Below, piece by piece: positions 28,832 through 38,086 of a stretch of 51,665 nucleotides of DNA. Source of the DNA: a virus (taxonomy: Duplodnaviria; Caudoviricetes); the IMG/VR virus record IMGVR_UViG_3300028610_002655, positions 1 through 51,665 of that record; one strand, 5' to 3'. Position numbers and translations under genes: made by a program. The notes below the pieces were generated by a model. That model saw nothing but the letters and a program-made list of their open reading frames with translations. It ran no database searches and had not been told where the DNA came from. The stretch's first letter is position 1. Each line of letters begins with the position of its first letter.

Positions 28832-29188
28832 ATGAAAACTAGATATAAAATATTGATTATCGGAATAATTGTTTTTAGTATATTAGTTGTGATTCCACTT
28901 GCAATAACTTGGGGTACTGAATATAATTGTCGTATTAGTAAAGAAGTATGTACATGGTACGAGGTGCCAATAATTGGTTCAGGTTATTTTGACGGTGATC
29001 CAAAACCTGATGTTATTGAAGACCCAAATTCGAATTACATTGAACCAACTTATAATTATACAGGACTGGGAGATGATTGTACTTGGATAGACCATCCAGA
29101 TGATTGCTATGCAGTAGTACCAGAACCAATATGTGAGGAAGGACTTTACTATACTGACAGATATGGATGTAGTGAGTTTAGGAATTAG
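28832..29188 (+). CDS. Membrane-anchored Cys-rich acidic protein
   Basis: MKTRYKILIIGII N-terminal anchor; six Cys. Confidence 0.65.
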   Translation: MKTRYKILIIGIIVFSILVVIPLAITWGTEYNCRISKEVCTWYEVPIIGSGYFDGDPKPDVIEDPNSNYIEPTYNYTGLGDDCTWIDHPDDCYAVVPEPICEEGLYYTDRYGCSEFRN

Positions 29189-30401
29189 TCTTCTTCATCA
29201 CTAACTGATTGATATAATTCTTAATCTCATCAGTCATTGGTCCATTTGATTGCAGATCTCGCATCTTCTCAGATAGCTCATCAATCTTTTTCTCTTTTGC
29301 TTCTAGTTCACTAATTTTTGCTTGTTGCATCTTTAACTGTCTCCTTTGGCGCTCCTTTGTACTAATGGTTAATTGATCTATAGCTTTGACAAACTCCTTA
29401 AAACACTCTTGCCTAGTTGGAGTAAGATATGTACCATCAAGGCCTTTTTTGTGCTGCATCAGCTTCTCTGCGATATTGGAATTTACCTCAGAGTCAAGCT
29501 TGAGAATTGTATTGAATCTCTTTCTAAAGCCATGGTCTATCTGAACATCAAAGCGATTTCTCTTTTTAATTCTGGTAATTGATGTTCTTCCAAGTATTCT
29601 CTGCATTGTCTTTTGAAAGCCATTACCTGTCATCTGAAAGTATTTGCCATCTTTATCTACACGTAAAGATAAAAAGATTGGAGTGTTCTCATCAAATATT
29701 TCACCCCTCTTTTTTCTAAAGGCATGATAATTGTCAATTGCCATAGTTGCCTCTGGAGATGTAAAAACAAAATGAGAATAGTCATTTTCATCAATAATTT
29801 GCGAATCACTCCTAGTATCTTTTTCAGATATTGTCTCATCAGACTCTGCATAAATGAGAAATGCATAGCATTTCTCATCGTTAGGATCAAGCATAGCTAT
29901 CATGTGTTTCATTAATAATGGATGATTATGCACTCCAACCCTAGAGCCAGTTGATGCATGATAATGAATAACTGCAGTCTCTCTATGATTAATGCAGCTA
30001 TCAAGCATTGTATCAATTTTGGTGGTTTCCCAGGGTTTGTAGCCTGATAGTTTTTCTTCTGGCGGAAATTGTGCATAAACTGGCTTCCAAGATACTGCAT
30101 GTTCACGATAATTTACATCCAATAATTTTCGCATTGGTTTGAATTGTTTAGGTACAGTATTTGGTGAAATTTCATTAGCTAAAACTCGTTTTCTCAGGTG
30201 TTTCACATACATATCCATAAGGGACTGTAGATCTGTATCTGATACCTTGAGAAACTCTACTACTCCGGATATGTCAGACCATCTAAAAAATACTTTGAGA
30301 TAGCTGTTGTAAGTAGGTAAGCTGGTACGAGCTAGATTTGTGTCCTCCAAAAGAGTGATTTTTGTGCGTGGGTTTTCTAGGCCTTGTTGTAAGCTAATCA
30401 T
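29178..30401 (-). CDS. int: Tyrosine integrase
   Basis: STGSRVG (R), HGFRKRF (H-x-x-R), LMQH and GTY (Y); C-terminal coiled coil. Confidence 0.92.
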   Translation of the reverse strand: MISLQQGLENPRTKITLLEDTNLARTSLPTYNSYLKVFFRWSDISGVVEFLKVSDTDLQSLMDMYVKHLRKRVLANEISPNTVPKQFKPMRKLLDVNYREHAVSWKPVYAQFPPEEKLSGYKPWETTKIDTMLDSCINHRETAVIHYHASTGSRVGVHNHPLLMKHMIAMLDPNDEKCYAFLIYAESDETISEKDTRSDSQIIDENDYSHFVFTSPEATMAIDNYHAFRKKRGEIFDENTPIFLSLRVDKDGKYFQMTGNGFQKTMQRILGRTSITRIKKRNRFDVQIDHGFRKRFNTILKLDSEVNSNIAEKLMQHKKGLDGTYLTPTRQECFKEFVKAIDQLTISTKERQRRQLKMQQAKISELEAKEKKIDELSEKMRDLQSNGPMTDEIKNYINQLVMKKTNS

Positions 30402-30470
30402 AACCTATATCTCCATAATTAGTATATGAGTTAAGTGCCATATGCAAACAATAGGATATTGTTTTAACTA

Positions 30471-30512
30471 CCTGCATATGGGTAATAACTTTTAACTATT
30501 ATTTAAATAATT
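30471..30512. repeat. Cassette-flanking repeat A
   Basis: CCTGYATATGGGTAWTAACTTTTAACTATTAWTTAAATAATT; second copy 31216-31257; 11-nt core also at 32838. Confidence 0.8.
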
Positions 30513-30693
30513 AATCAGAACTGGGGTCCATAATAACTATGATTGTATCATCATTATCTTCTAATTGAGTTATCTTATATCGCACTGTAGTCAAATTAAC
30601 AGTCATTTCAATATGATCACCCAAACGAAAATTAGGAAGTCCTTCTCGTTTTGAAAAAGTTGTCCGACATCTTCCTATTGGAATATCTACCAC
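30511..30693 (-). CDS. 60-aa beta-barrel-like hypothetical protein (cassette 1)
   Basis: Own TATA-like box about 25 nt upstream. Confidence 0.55.
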   Translation of the reverse strand: MVDIPIGRCRTTFSKREGLPNFRLGDHIEMTVNLTTVRYKITQLEDNDDTIIVIMDPSSD

Positions 30694-30712
30694 GCTATAC
30701 TTACGTATAGCA

Positions 30713-30755
30713 ATTATTTAAAATGGATCAAAGATGATCAATTTTAATTGATCAT
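30713..30755. promoter_or_regulatory. Repeat B: TATA-like box plus TGATCA-N8-TGATCA operator
   Basis: ATTATTTAAAATGGATCAARGATGATCWATT..AATTGATCAT; second copy 31172-31214; TATA half also at 26706-26722. Confidence 0.75.
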
Positions 30756-30767
30756 TGTGATTATGAT

Positions 30768-31169
30768 TTATTTTTCATTTAATTCAAACTTCCATTGTAT
30801 ACCGCTTATTTGATGATGGACTTTCCCATCCTTATAAATTCTATCAAACTGAATTGAACGTATTTTAAAATCAATTTGTACGTTGTTTGTGAATTCGATA
30901 AGAGTATCTGGAATCTCAACTAATTTATGTTTTAGATTTTTTTTATTTGATAGTTCAGGAATGTAATCATCTCTATTCTCAAAGTGGGGGTGTTGAAACT
31001 TTGCAGAAAATGTAGTTTTTTGATTTTTTCTATGTAAAACTACTGACACAACTTTAAGATTTAGTTTGATTCTCATTCCATCTTCTAATTCATAAACAAA
31101 ACCTCTCTCATCATCAACAAGTGGATAACAAATTAAATCCTCATTCAAGATATATTGTAAACAATACAA
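30768..31169 (-). CDS. Hypothetical protein (cassette 2)
   Basis: Flanked by two copies of repeat B. Confidence 0.6.
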   Translation of the reverse strand: MYCLQYILNEDLICYPLVDDERGFVYELEDGMRIKLNLKVVSVVLHRKNQKTTFSAKFQHPHFENRDDYIPELSNKKNLKHKLVEIPDTLIEFTNNVQIDFKIRSIQFDRIYKDGKVHHQISGIQWKFELNEK

Positions 31170-31171
31170 TT

Positions 31172-31257
31172 ATTATTTAAAATGGATCAAGGATGATCTA
31201 TTAAAATTGATCATACCTGTATATGGGTATTAACTTTTAACTATTAATTAAATAATT
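31172..31257. repeat. Repeat B and repeat A in tandem
   Basis: Matches 30713-30755 and 30471-30512. Confidence 0.8.
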
Positions 31258-31663
31258 ATTTTAATTGTAGTATTTTTTTATTCGTTATATCAATTAATGA
31301 TGTATCTTTTTTACGTTTATTTTTAATAAAAAATAATTGTTTGTTTGCTAAAGCAGGATGAAAATTAAAATGTTGAATAATTTTTGTTCGTAATCTTCGA
31401 TTCACAGATCTTCTTAAATGACCACAATAAGTTTTTTTGTTACCCAATATATCAACACTATTACTTTCATGACATCCTCTTATTTTCTGATTATTTTGTT
31501 GAATGCATTTTTTACATGATTTTTGACGATATTGAGCTTCAGTTATTTCAAATCTTTTTTCTAAACCAACACCATCTTCCAACCAATCAACCATTCTATC
31601 TTGCCTAATTTTATCTAAATCTGTTAAACTTGTTTGTGGAAAAGATACACGTTCATCCATCAA
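31256..31663 (-). CDS. Basic Cys-containing hypothetical protein
   Basis: CKKC...GCH...YCGH. Confidence 0.55.
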   Translation of the reverse strand: MMDERVSFPQTSLTDLDKIRQDRMVDWLEDGVGLEKRFEITEAQYRQKSCKKCIQQNNQKIRGCHESNSVDILGNKKTYCGHLRRSVNRRLRTKIIQHFNFHPALANKQLFFIKNKRKKDTSLIDITNKKILQLK

Positions 31664-31718
31664 CGTAACTCAAAATATAGCATATTTAATCCATATCCAG
31701 CCGCAAACCTGTTATCTA

Positions 31719-32702
31719 TTAAAACCCTCTAGTTTTATGGTTTAACTGAAATTCTTGAGGTACAAAATCACTATGTGGAGTTTGATCTACAACTGCGAGA
31801 CCAATTTCACGAAGTGAATTAAAAATTAAATTATTTGATTCAATATGTATAATGTTTCTTGGACGTTCTGATTCTTCATAACACCAAGTATGAGTATTGA
31901 ATATTTTACCAGGAGGCATTATTGCTGGTAATTTAGTATTAGGTCGGACATAACCTGGAGATATTAGATGTGGTCCTATTAACCCAGCCAAGATGTGATT
32001 TGATGCAAATGGGGGTGCATTACTTCTGAGTGGTTTTACCGAAATTATATTACAAAGAATTTTTTTATTTGCTAATTCACTGGAAAGAATTGACATATTT
32101 CTTGGAAATTGGGAGAAACCACCCCATTCAACATTGAATGCTTTGAATTCTTTCTTAATTACAAGTTTAATTTTTTCTTGAAACAACTCTGGATTTTCCG
32201 TTCTAAGACTAATTGTAGGACATTTAATTTGATCCGTTTCCATTTCAAGAAAATTATCCAATTGTCTTTCAAATTCTGAAGCTGATTGGTTCTTGTCAGG
32301 TTCCATATCCGATAGAAATGTTGTTTGTAATTCTGTTTGTATTTCCAAAGACAGTTGACGAGTACGTTCATCAACATGATTAGAATCATAATAAAAATTT
32401 ATACCTGTAATTTTTGGATCTTTCTTACTAACTATATTTTCAAAATCTTTTCTAATAGCAGTTCTTTTTGCCACATCAGTTAAAGGCTTTGCATTTGATG
32501 CAGTCTGATCAATATAATAATAAAAGATTTCACTTTCTAAATCAATTTGTGTATCATGTGATTTTTTATAATCAGATTTATTTGAGCACAAATATGGACA
32601 TTCAAATTCAAAATCATCAATCATTGCTTTAAGATAGTTAGAAGTGAATTTATTTTCAGGGTTAGTTAATGATCTATTATCAATAATTACAAGTTCTGGC
32701 AA
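31719..32702 (-). CDS. Hypothetical protein, possible TIM-barrel fold
   Basis: 327 aa with alternating strand/helix pattern; no motif recognised. Confidence 0.5.
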   Translation of the reverse strand: MPELVIIDNRSLTNPENKFTSNYLKAMIDDFEFECPYLCSNKSDYKKSHDTQIDLESEIFYYYIDQTASNAKPLTDVAKRTAIRKDFENIVSKKDPKITGINFYYDSNHVDERTRQLSLEIQTELQTTFLSDMEPDKNQSASEFERQLDNFLEMETDQIKCPTISLRTENPELFQEKIKLVIKKEFKAFNVEWGGFSQFPRNMSILSSELANKKILCNIISVKPLRSNAPPFASNHILAGLIGPHLISPGYVRPNTKLPAIMPPGKIFNTHTWCYEESERPRNIIHIESNNLIFNSLREIGLAVVDQTPHSDFVPQEFQLNHKTRGF

Positions 32703-32788
32703 TACAGTGTAATAATTTAACTACGCTATAAATGATCCACCGATCTGGTTAGAATCTGATCTGTAACTAACTAAAATACTCTCTAAAC

Positions 32789-32808
32789 AGATCAAACCAA
32801 ATAGATCA
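32789..32808. promoter_or_regulatory. GATC-pair operator copy inside a cluster of six GATC sites
   Basis: AGATCA AACCAAAT AGATCA. Confidence 0.55.
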
Positions 32809-32855
32809 TTATGGCTATTGACTGATCTGTTCAAATCCCTGCATATGGTTATTGA

Positions 32856-33074
32856 TTATTTTTTGGCTCTTCGCTTCTTGTTTAATTCTGGTGCATGCTT
32901 GTAATAGTATTCCAGGCTTGTCGTGTTGCGTTTTGTCTTGTCTTTATAATGCCTATTCAGGGATGATGCTCTTTCTTCTGTGATGTTTTGTTGATATCGT
33001 AGCTTGCGCTTTCTTTTAATCTCATCTTTGTTTTTTTCATAATAATTTTGACGGGTGGTTGTATAAGTTGACAT
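32856..33074 (-). CDS. Basic helical-repeat protein (YYEKNK repeats; no nuclease domain)
   Basis: YYEKNKDEIK, RYQQN and YYYKH repeats resemble DNA-binding arms of phage HNH proteins. Confidence 0.55.
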   Translation of the reverse strand: MSTYTTTRQNYYEKNKDEIKRKRKLRYQQNITEERASSLNRHYKDKTKRNTTSLEYYYKHAPELNKKRRAKK

Positions 33075-33077
33075 TTT

Positions 33078-33102
33078 AAAAAAAAGAAAAAAGGGGGAAA
33101 TT
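33078..33102 (-). terminator. Oligo-T terminator after the S-layer gene
   Basis: Pyrimidine tract TTTCCCCCTTTTTTCTTTTTTTT just after the stop. Confidence 0.6.
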
Positions 33103-33113
33103 TGAACTAGTTT

Positions 33114-36100
33114 CTAACTTACGTTGACAGTTATACTAACTGGTGGTGATAATGCCGTTGGATTATCAACAGACTCCCAAACAAATACAGTAGCAGTGTA
33201 TGCTCCTGCTTCACTTGGTGTCCATGATACCGCTGGGCTGAATGATTGACCACTTGTTAATGAACCTGTAATCCAGTCTAATTTGACTGTAACACCGTCA
33301 CTATCCTGAACCTGTAACAAGTATGCGAATGCTTGCTCTCTATCCTGACCATTTATCAAGTCAGCAGTGAGTTGTACCTGTTGGTCAACTGTAACAACAT
33401 CTAAGCTGTTACCGAAGGCATCAACGGTTCTCAAGTTAGCAGCTGGTGCTCGCTCAAGAGGTGGTACTATCGTGCCGATTAGTGTAGTGGCAGTAATATC
33501 AAGTTCATCTGCAGTTGTGTACGGATCTGGTAGTGTATTGTCCTCATATTCTGCGGTGACAGTGTCACCTTCTGCGACTCTGAGTCTGTGACCAGATGAT
33601 TCATCGGAGGTTGTGAAGAACACAGTACCTTCGAATATTCCGGTTGCCTCATTAGTCTCAGTTACAGTAAGGTCAATACCTCCGGCATCGGAGTCAGACC
33701 ACACATCGACAGCAAAGTTGTCGACTGCTTCTGGATTAAAGTTCATATCTGGATCAATTATTCTAACAACACCTGTTCCGCTAGCTGGATAGCTTGCTTC
33801 AAGCCACTGAGTTTCACCTATATTCCATCTGATAAGTGCTGAACCAATTACAGTTTCATCCTCTGAGAATTCAAAGGATACTGTAAGTCCGTCATCATCA
33901 TCTGCTGGTAATAGTCCATCTGTTGGACCACCATTATCTAGGGATATAGCACCTGTTGCGTCTGTTTCAGTACCATCGCCATCTGCATCATGTTCAGGAA
34001 ATCCTGTAAGGATTACTTCACCTGTGAAGATGCCTGTGTCAGTTCCAGTTTCAACGAGTTTGTAATTGTCAATATCAGAACCTCGAGTTGAGACCTTTAT
34101 TGGGTCTGCAGCTGTGTTTCCAATTTCGTCAACTAAATCACCGTCAAAGTTGTGATCTGGAGCGACTATGGTAATGTAGACTTTATCAGTCCATGTGTAA
34201 ACTTTTTGGTCAAGCTCTACAGTTGCACCGAAGTTTGAAGTAAAGATTGTAACATTTACATCTTCATCTTCATCACCTACATAGTTTGATCCGGATGGAC
34301 CCCAATCAGTATATTCTAATACGATTTGTTCACCTCTGTTAAGGTTGTTACTATCTAGTTCCGCAGGAATCTCAATGACTACTTGGAAGATACCAGTAGA
34401 GTCACCAGTTTCTCTGAAGCTAGATGGTTCTGGATCAAAGTTAAGATCTTTACCCAATGTGGTAATAGCTGCATCAGAATCCCATTCAATCAAGTCCAAG
34501 GAATATGATTCTGCACCATCATTGTCCAAATCAAAGTCTGGCTCAATGAGTGTTAAAATCATATCAGAACCGATAAGATATACGGATTTGTCTGATTGCA
34601 ATACACCATTTCTTAGGTCAAATGTAGCTGAATCTGTGACAGTATTTGGTTCACCTGAAGCATCAGTTGGATCAGTGTATTCTACAGTGAGAATATCTCC
34701 TTGTAAGATACAATGTTTATCATCGTTTGATGCACCTGCAATACGGTCTGATACTATAGTACCTTTAGTAGTTGGACATGCTGAACTTACTGGGCCATCA
34801 GTGAATCTGATAGTCAAATCAAGTTCAAATATACCAGCATCAGGTGCAATCTCTAAGATTGGACCTAATTCTAGTGTATTATCAATTACATCCTCGCCTA
34901 TAGTAATTTGTTTACTATTTGCACTAGATGCTCCTGCTGTTGCAAGAACTACATGATTGGAGCCTCTACTAATAGTGACCTTTACAGGACCATTATCTGT
35001 AGATTCTTCTATCTTATCCTCACCATTTGGAGCTAAATCAAAGTCTGGATCATTGACTCTAATATGTACAGTCAAATCACCAACACCTAATTCACCACCA
35101 GCAGTAGCATGAAGTGGGAAGTATGATTCTCCTTCAGCGGATGTACCATATGGTACTGAATAGACAGTTCTATCAAATGCGACAGAACCTGTATTTGCAC
35201 TTATACCTGCAGAATCACCTGTTTCTATAGTTTCACCAGATGCATCTCTAAAGTCTTGATAGTTAACTTCAAGATCAACTCCTGTTACAGAATCGATTTT
35301 AAAGGTGTCACCATCAGGCTGACAGTATGTTTTTGGAATTTGGAATGTTCCAATAAATACACCAGTAGAGTCACCAGTTTCTATAATAGTACTCATAGAG
35401 CCAAATAGACCACTTGCACCATCGCAAGATTTCCATTTAGCATCATTGAAAGTAATATCAAGAAGTAATGATCTACCATCACCAATACTATCTGATTCTC
35501 TTACTACATAGACATCAGGAAGTTCGCTGTCGGTATTGAGATCAGGGTCGTTAACTGTTACAATAACAGTATCTGCAACTTTGTAGTTTGTACTATCAAA
35601 TGTTACCATACCCGAATAAGTTGGAGCATCTTCTTTGGCAGATATTGTGGTTTGTTCACCCTCATTATCTGTATCTAAGTAGACTATCTCAACTGCATCC
35701 TCATCAGTCAAATCTTCATGAACTATTACATCAAGCTCATCACCTATTGTTTCAAGGCTAGCGAATGTATCAGCATTAAAGATATTGATTTGATTTAGCA
35801 TAATGTATTCGACTGTACCAGTGTATATTCCACTAACTGAAGTAGTTTCTTCTGCTTCAAATCTGTATATTGCATCGTTGTAACGTTTACCATCACTTGA
35901 TTGTCCAAATGTAAGGATATCAAAGACGACGTTAAATGATTTACCTTTTAGACCTTCAGAATCAACTGTGATAACAAGATTTCCTGATGTTATATCATCA
36001 ATTACATCTTGATTAACGTAGATTAATCCTTGATCATCCAATTTTAATCCGTTAACGGATGCAGTTATTTGATTTAGGGATCTAATATCATAGTTAATCA

Positions 36101-37991
36101 GTGTATGGACACCATCGACATTTACAAAGTCATCTAGTATGTTAGAAGAGATTCCAGTATCAATTACAACTGTAGGGTTAGCATCAGGTGTAATGGGAGT
36201 GGCATCAATTCTTAATATTTTACTAAATTGTGTAACAGTAAATGTTGCTGGAGCATTAGTTGAAGCACTATTTAGTGAATCATTTGTAGCTTTAATTTGC
36301 TCAACCAAACTAGTTTGTTCAACAATTGCAATATCTAGCTTTGACTTTACTATTAATTCTGTAGGAGTAAATAATGCAGTAATCTCTTCTGCAATTTGAT
36401 TTACTCCAATAACTGCATTATCTAACAATGCCTGTTTGGCATCTATGGCTCCTTGTGTAGCACCTCGTAGCCATAAATCGTCAAGTTCAGTACTGTTAAC
36501 AATGACAAAGGCGTCCCACTTTGTTTGATTTGTGTTAAGAACAGCTGCATTGGTATTAGATTCAATTTCGGTCCAAGCGGTTTGATTGTCAAAAACCCAT
36601 TTATCTACAATGGTTTCTCTATCAGTTAATTCTTTGAGTGCATTGACTAAGTCAGTTGTATCCATTTGTCCAGTTATAGTAACAACACTTGTTGATTCAA
36701 GAGTTGTTGGACTACCAATTTCTATTGTTGGAATTACAGTAAAGATTGCATCACTAACATCAAAGTCATTGTCGAGTTTTGTGTTAGTATTTGCGTCTTG
36801 ATCTGTAATTACAACAGTAAGTGGTTCTCCAGAACTCCATTCACCATCAATGGATGCAATATCCATATCAATTGTACCACCAAAGTATTTTACAAAAATA
36901 CTTGATTTGTCAGCATTGTACTCAATAATTCCACTTTTGTCTCTTATTTTGGCATCAGTTGTAAACAAATCAGATTTATCTGAATCGTCTGTATTATCAA
37001 ATACACCACTATTTGGTGCTGATTCTGTAACTACTATAGCTGGTCCATAGTCAACTGATGTGAAATGATCATCGTTTGGTTTTAAAACGAGCACATTTTT
37101 TACATCAAGATCTAAGAATCCATTATCATCATAATACAAAGCATTTTGCTTTGCTGGTGTAATGTCAGCTAAAGTAGTGAGGTCAGTGGTTTCATCAACA
37201 ATACCATACCATGAAGTTTTATTCTCGACATTGAATGTCCAAGTATCTTCATCAGTAGGGTCGATGTTTAGTTGCATGTCATCAATGACTAGATGAATAT
37301 CTGCATTGTGTGCATAATCATTTTTGTCTAGACTGTATGATGCAAAGTCATCCATATCTTCTGTGTAGGTAAGACTGACTACTTGATCAGGACTACCACC
37401 ATAGATTACAGCAACTGTTTGAGCATCAGTGAAGGAGAATGTTTGGATAAATGGCCATTTGTCTTCATCTGAAGATTTAAGCTCAATTTGTCCCAAATCA
37501 CCTTCACCGCCAGGATTAGCATAAGAGTTTTTGTTGAGACTACGTTCATTGTTTAGAACATTTTGTCTATCATCTCCATTACAGAAAACCTCAGCTGCGT
37601 CATCAAAGTCACCCTTAACCGTAAGTGTTTTAGTACAATCTACACCAAAATCAATATTCGTGTTAGGTAAAGCATCTACTACATTTTGAGCAGCAACATA
37701 TGCATACCATGATCCATCATCGCCTTGTGCCATGACTAGATCATCACCATCAATAGTTACATTTGGTTGACCCTTTGATTCATCAGTTTGACGAATACTT
37801 GGATCATTCACAACAATCTCAAGGACCATTGGACCACCAAAGTTAACGCTTGACACATACAGATTTGCTGTTTGTGTTACTTCAGCTGAGGCAGTTGGCG
37901 TAAAGCCTGGAAAGGCAATAGTCATACCGCCTGCTAGCATGATTGTCATTAGTGTTAGACTAGTTATTTTTCGTTGTATTTCGTTATTCAT
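33114..37991 (-). CDS. Nitrosopumilus-type S-layer protein (Nmar_1547/NmSLP-like), likely start MNNEIQRK
   Basis: N-terminus MNNEIxRKITSLTLMTIM.AGG; repeated V.DPD.N...ETGDSTG.F Ig-like units; C-terminus VWESVDNPTALSPPVS.TVNVS; very acidic. Confidence 0.9.
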   Translation of the reverse strand: MNNEIQRKITSLTLMTIMLAGGMTIAFPGFTPTASAEVTQTANLYVSSVNFGGPMVLEIVVNDPSIRQTDESKGQPNVTIDGDDLVMAQGDDGSWYAYVAAQNVVDALPNTNIDFGVDCTKTLTVKGDFDDAAEVFCNGDDRQNVLNNERSLNKNSYANPGGEGDLGQIELKSSDEDKWPFIQTFSFTDAQTVAVIYGGSPDQVVSLTYTEDMDDFASYSLDKNDYAHNADIHLVIDDMQLNIDPTDEDTWTFNVENKTSWYGIVDETTDLTTLADITPAKQNALYYDDNGFLDLDVKNVLVLKPNDDHFTSVDYGPAIVVTESAPNSGVFDNTDDSDKSDLFTTDAKIRDKSGIIEYNADKSSIFVKYFGGTIDMDIASIDGEWSSGEPLTVVITDQDANTNTKLDNDFDVSDAIFTVIPTIEIGSPTTLESTSVVTITGQMDTTDLVNALKELTDRETIVDKWVFDNQTAWTEIESNTNAAVLNTNQTKWDAFVIVNSTELDDLWLRGATQGAIDAKQALLDNAVIGVNQIAEEITALFTPTELIVKSKLDIAIVEQTSLVEQIKATNDSLNSASTNAPATFTVTQFSKILRIDATPITPDANPTVVIDTGISSNILDDFVNVDGVHTLINYDIRSLNQITASVNGLKLDDQGLIYVNQDVIDDITSGNLVITVDSEGLKGKSFNVVFDILTFGQSSDGKRYNDAIYRFEAEETTSVSGIYTGTVEYIMLNQINIFNADTFASLETIGDELDVIVHEDLTDEDAVEIVYLDTDNEGEQTTISAKEDAPTYSGMVTFDSTNYKVADTVIVTVNDPDLNTDSELPDVYVVRESDSIGDGRSLLLDITFNDAKWKSCDGASGLFGSMSTIIETGDSTGVFIGTFQIPKTYCQPDGDTFKIDSVTGVDLEVNYQDFRDASGETIETGDSAGISANTGSVAFDRTVYSVPYGTSAEGESYFPLHATAGGELGVGDLTVHIRVNDPDFDLAPNGEDKIEESTDNGPVKVTISRGSNHVVLATAGASSANSKQITIGEDVIDNTLELGPILEIAPDAGIFELDLTIRFTDGPVSSACPTTKGTIVSDRIAGASNDDKHCILQGDILTVEYTDPTDASGEPNTVTDSATFDLRNGVLQSDKSVYLIGSDMILTLIEPDFDLDNDGAESYSLDLIEWDSDAAITTLGKDLNFDPEPSSFRETGDSTGIFQVVIEIPAELDSNNLNRGEQIVLEYTDWGPSGSNYVGDEDEDVNVTIFTSNFGATVELDQKVYTWTDKVYITIVAPDHNFDGDLVDEIGNTAADPIKVSTRGSDIDNYKLVETGTDTGIFTGEVILTGFPEHDADGDGTETDATGAISLDNGGPTDGLLPADDDDGLTVSFEFSEDETVIGSALIRWNIGETQWLEASYPASGTGVVRIIDPDMNFNPEAVDNFAVDVWSDSDAGGIDLTVTETNEATGIFEGTVFFTTSDESSGHRLRVAEGDTVTAEYEDNTLPDPYTTADELDITATTLIGTIVPPLERAPAANLRTVDAFGNSLDVVTVDQQVQLTADLINGQDREQAFAYLLQVQDSDGVTVKLDWITGSLTSGQSFSPAVSWTPSEAGAYTATVFVWESVDNPTALSPPVSITVNVS

Positions 37992-38086
37992 GTTATTAGT
38001 TTTCAATTAAAAAGTTAGTATATAAAATGAATGAACGATTGATTCTTGATTTTGCCAAATATTTTATAAATTATTAAATTAGCAAA

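Noticed and set aside
32829-32842. tRNA gene
   Set aside because: Only a T-loop-like word is present and no cloverleaf forms; kept only as a weak attP candidate.
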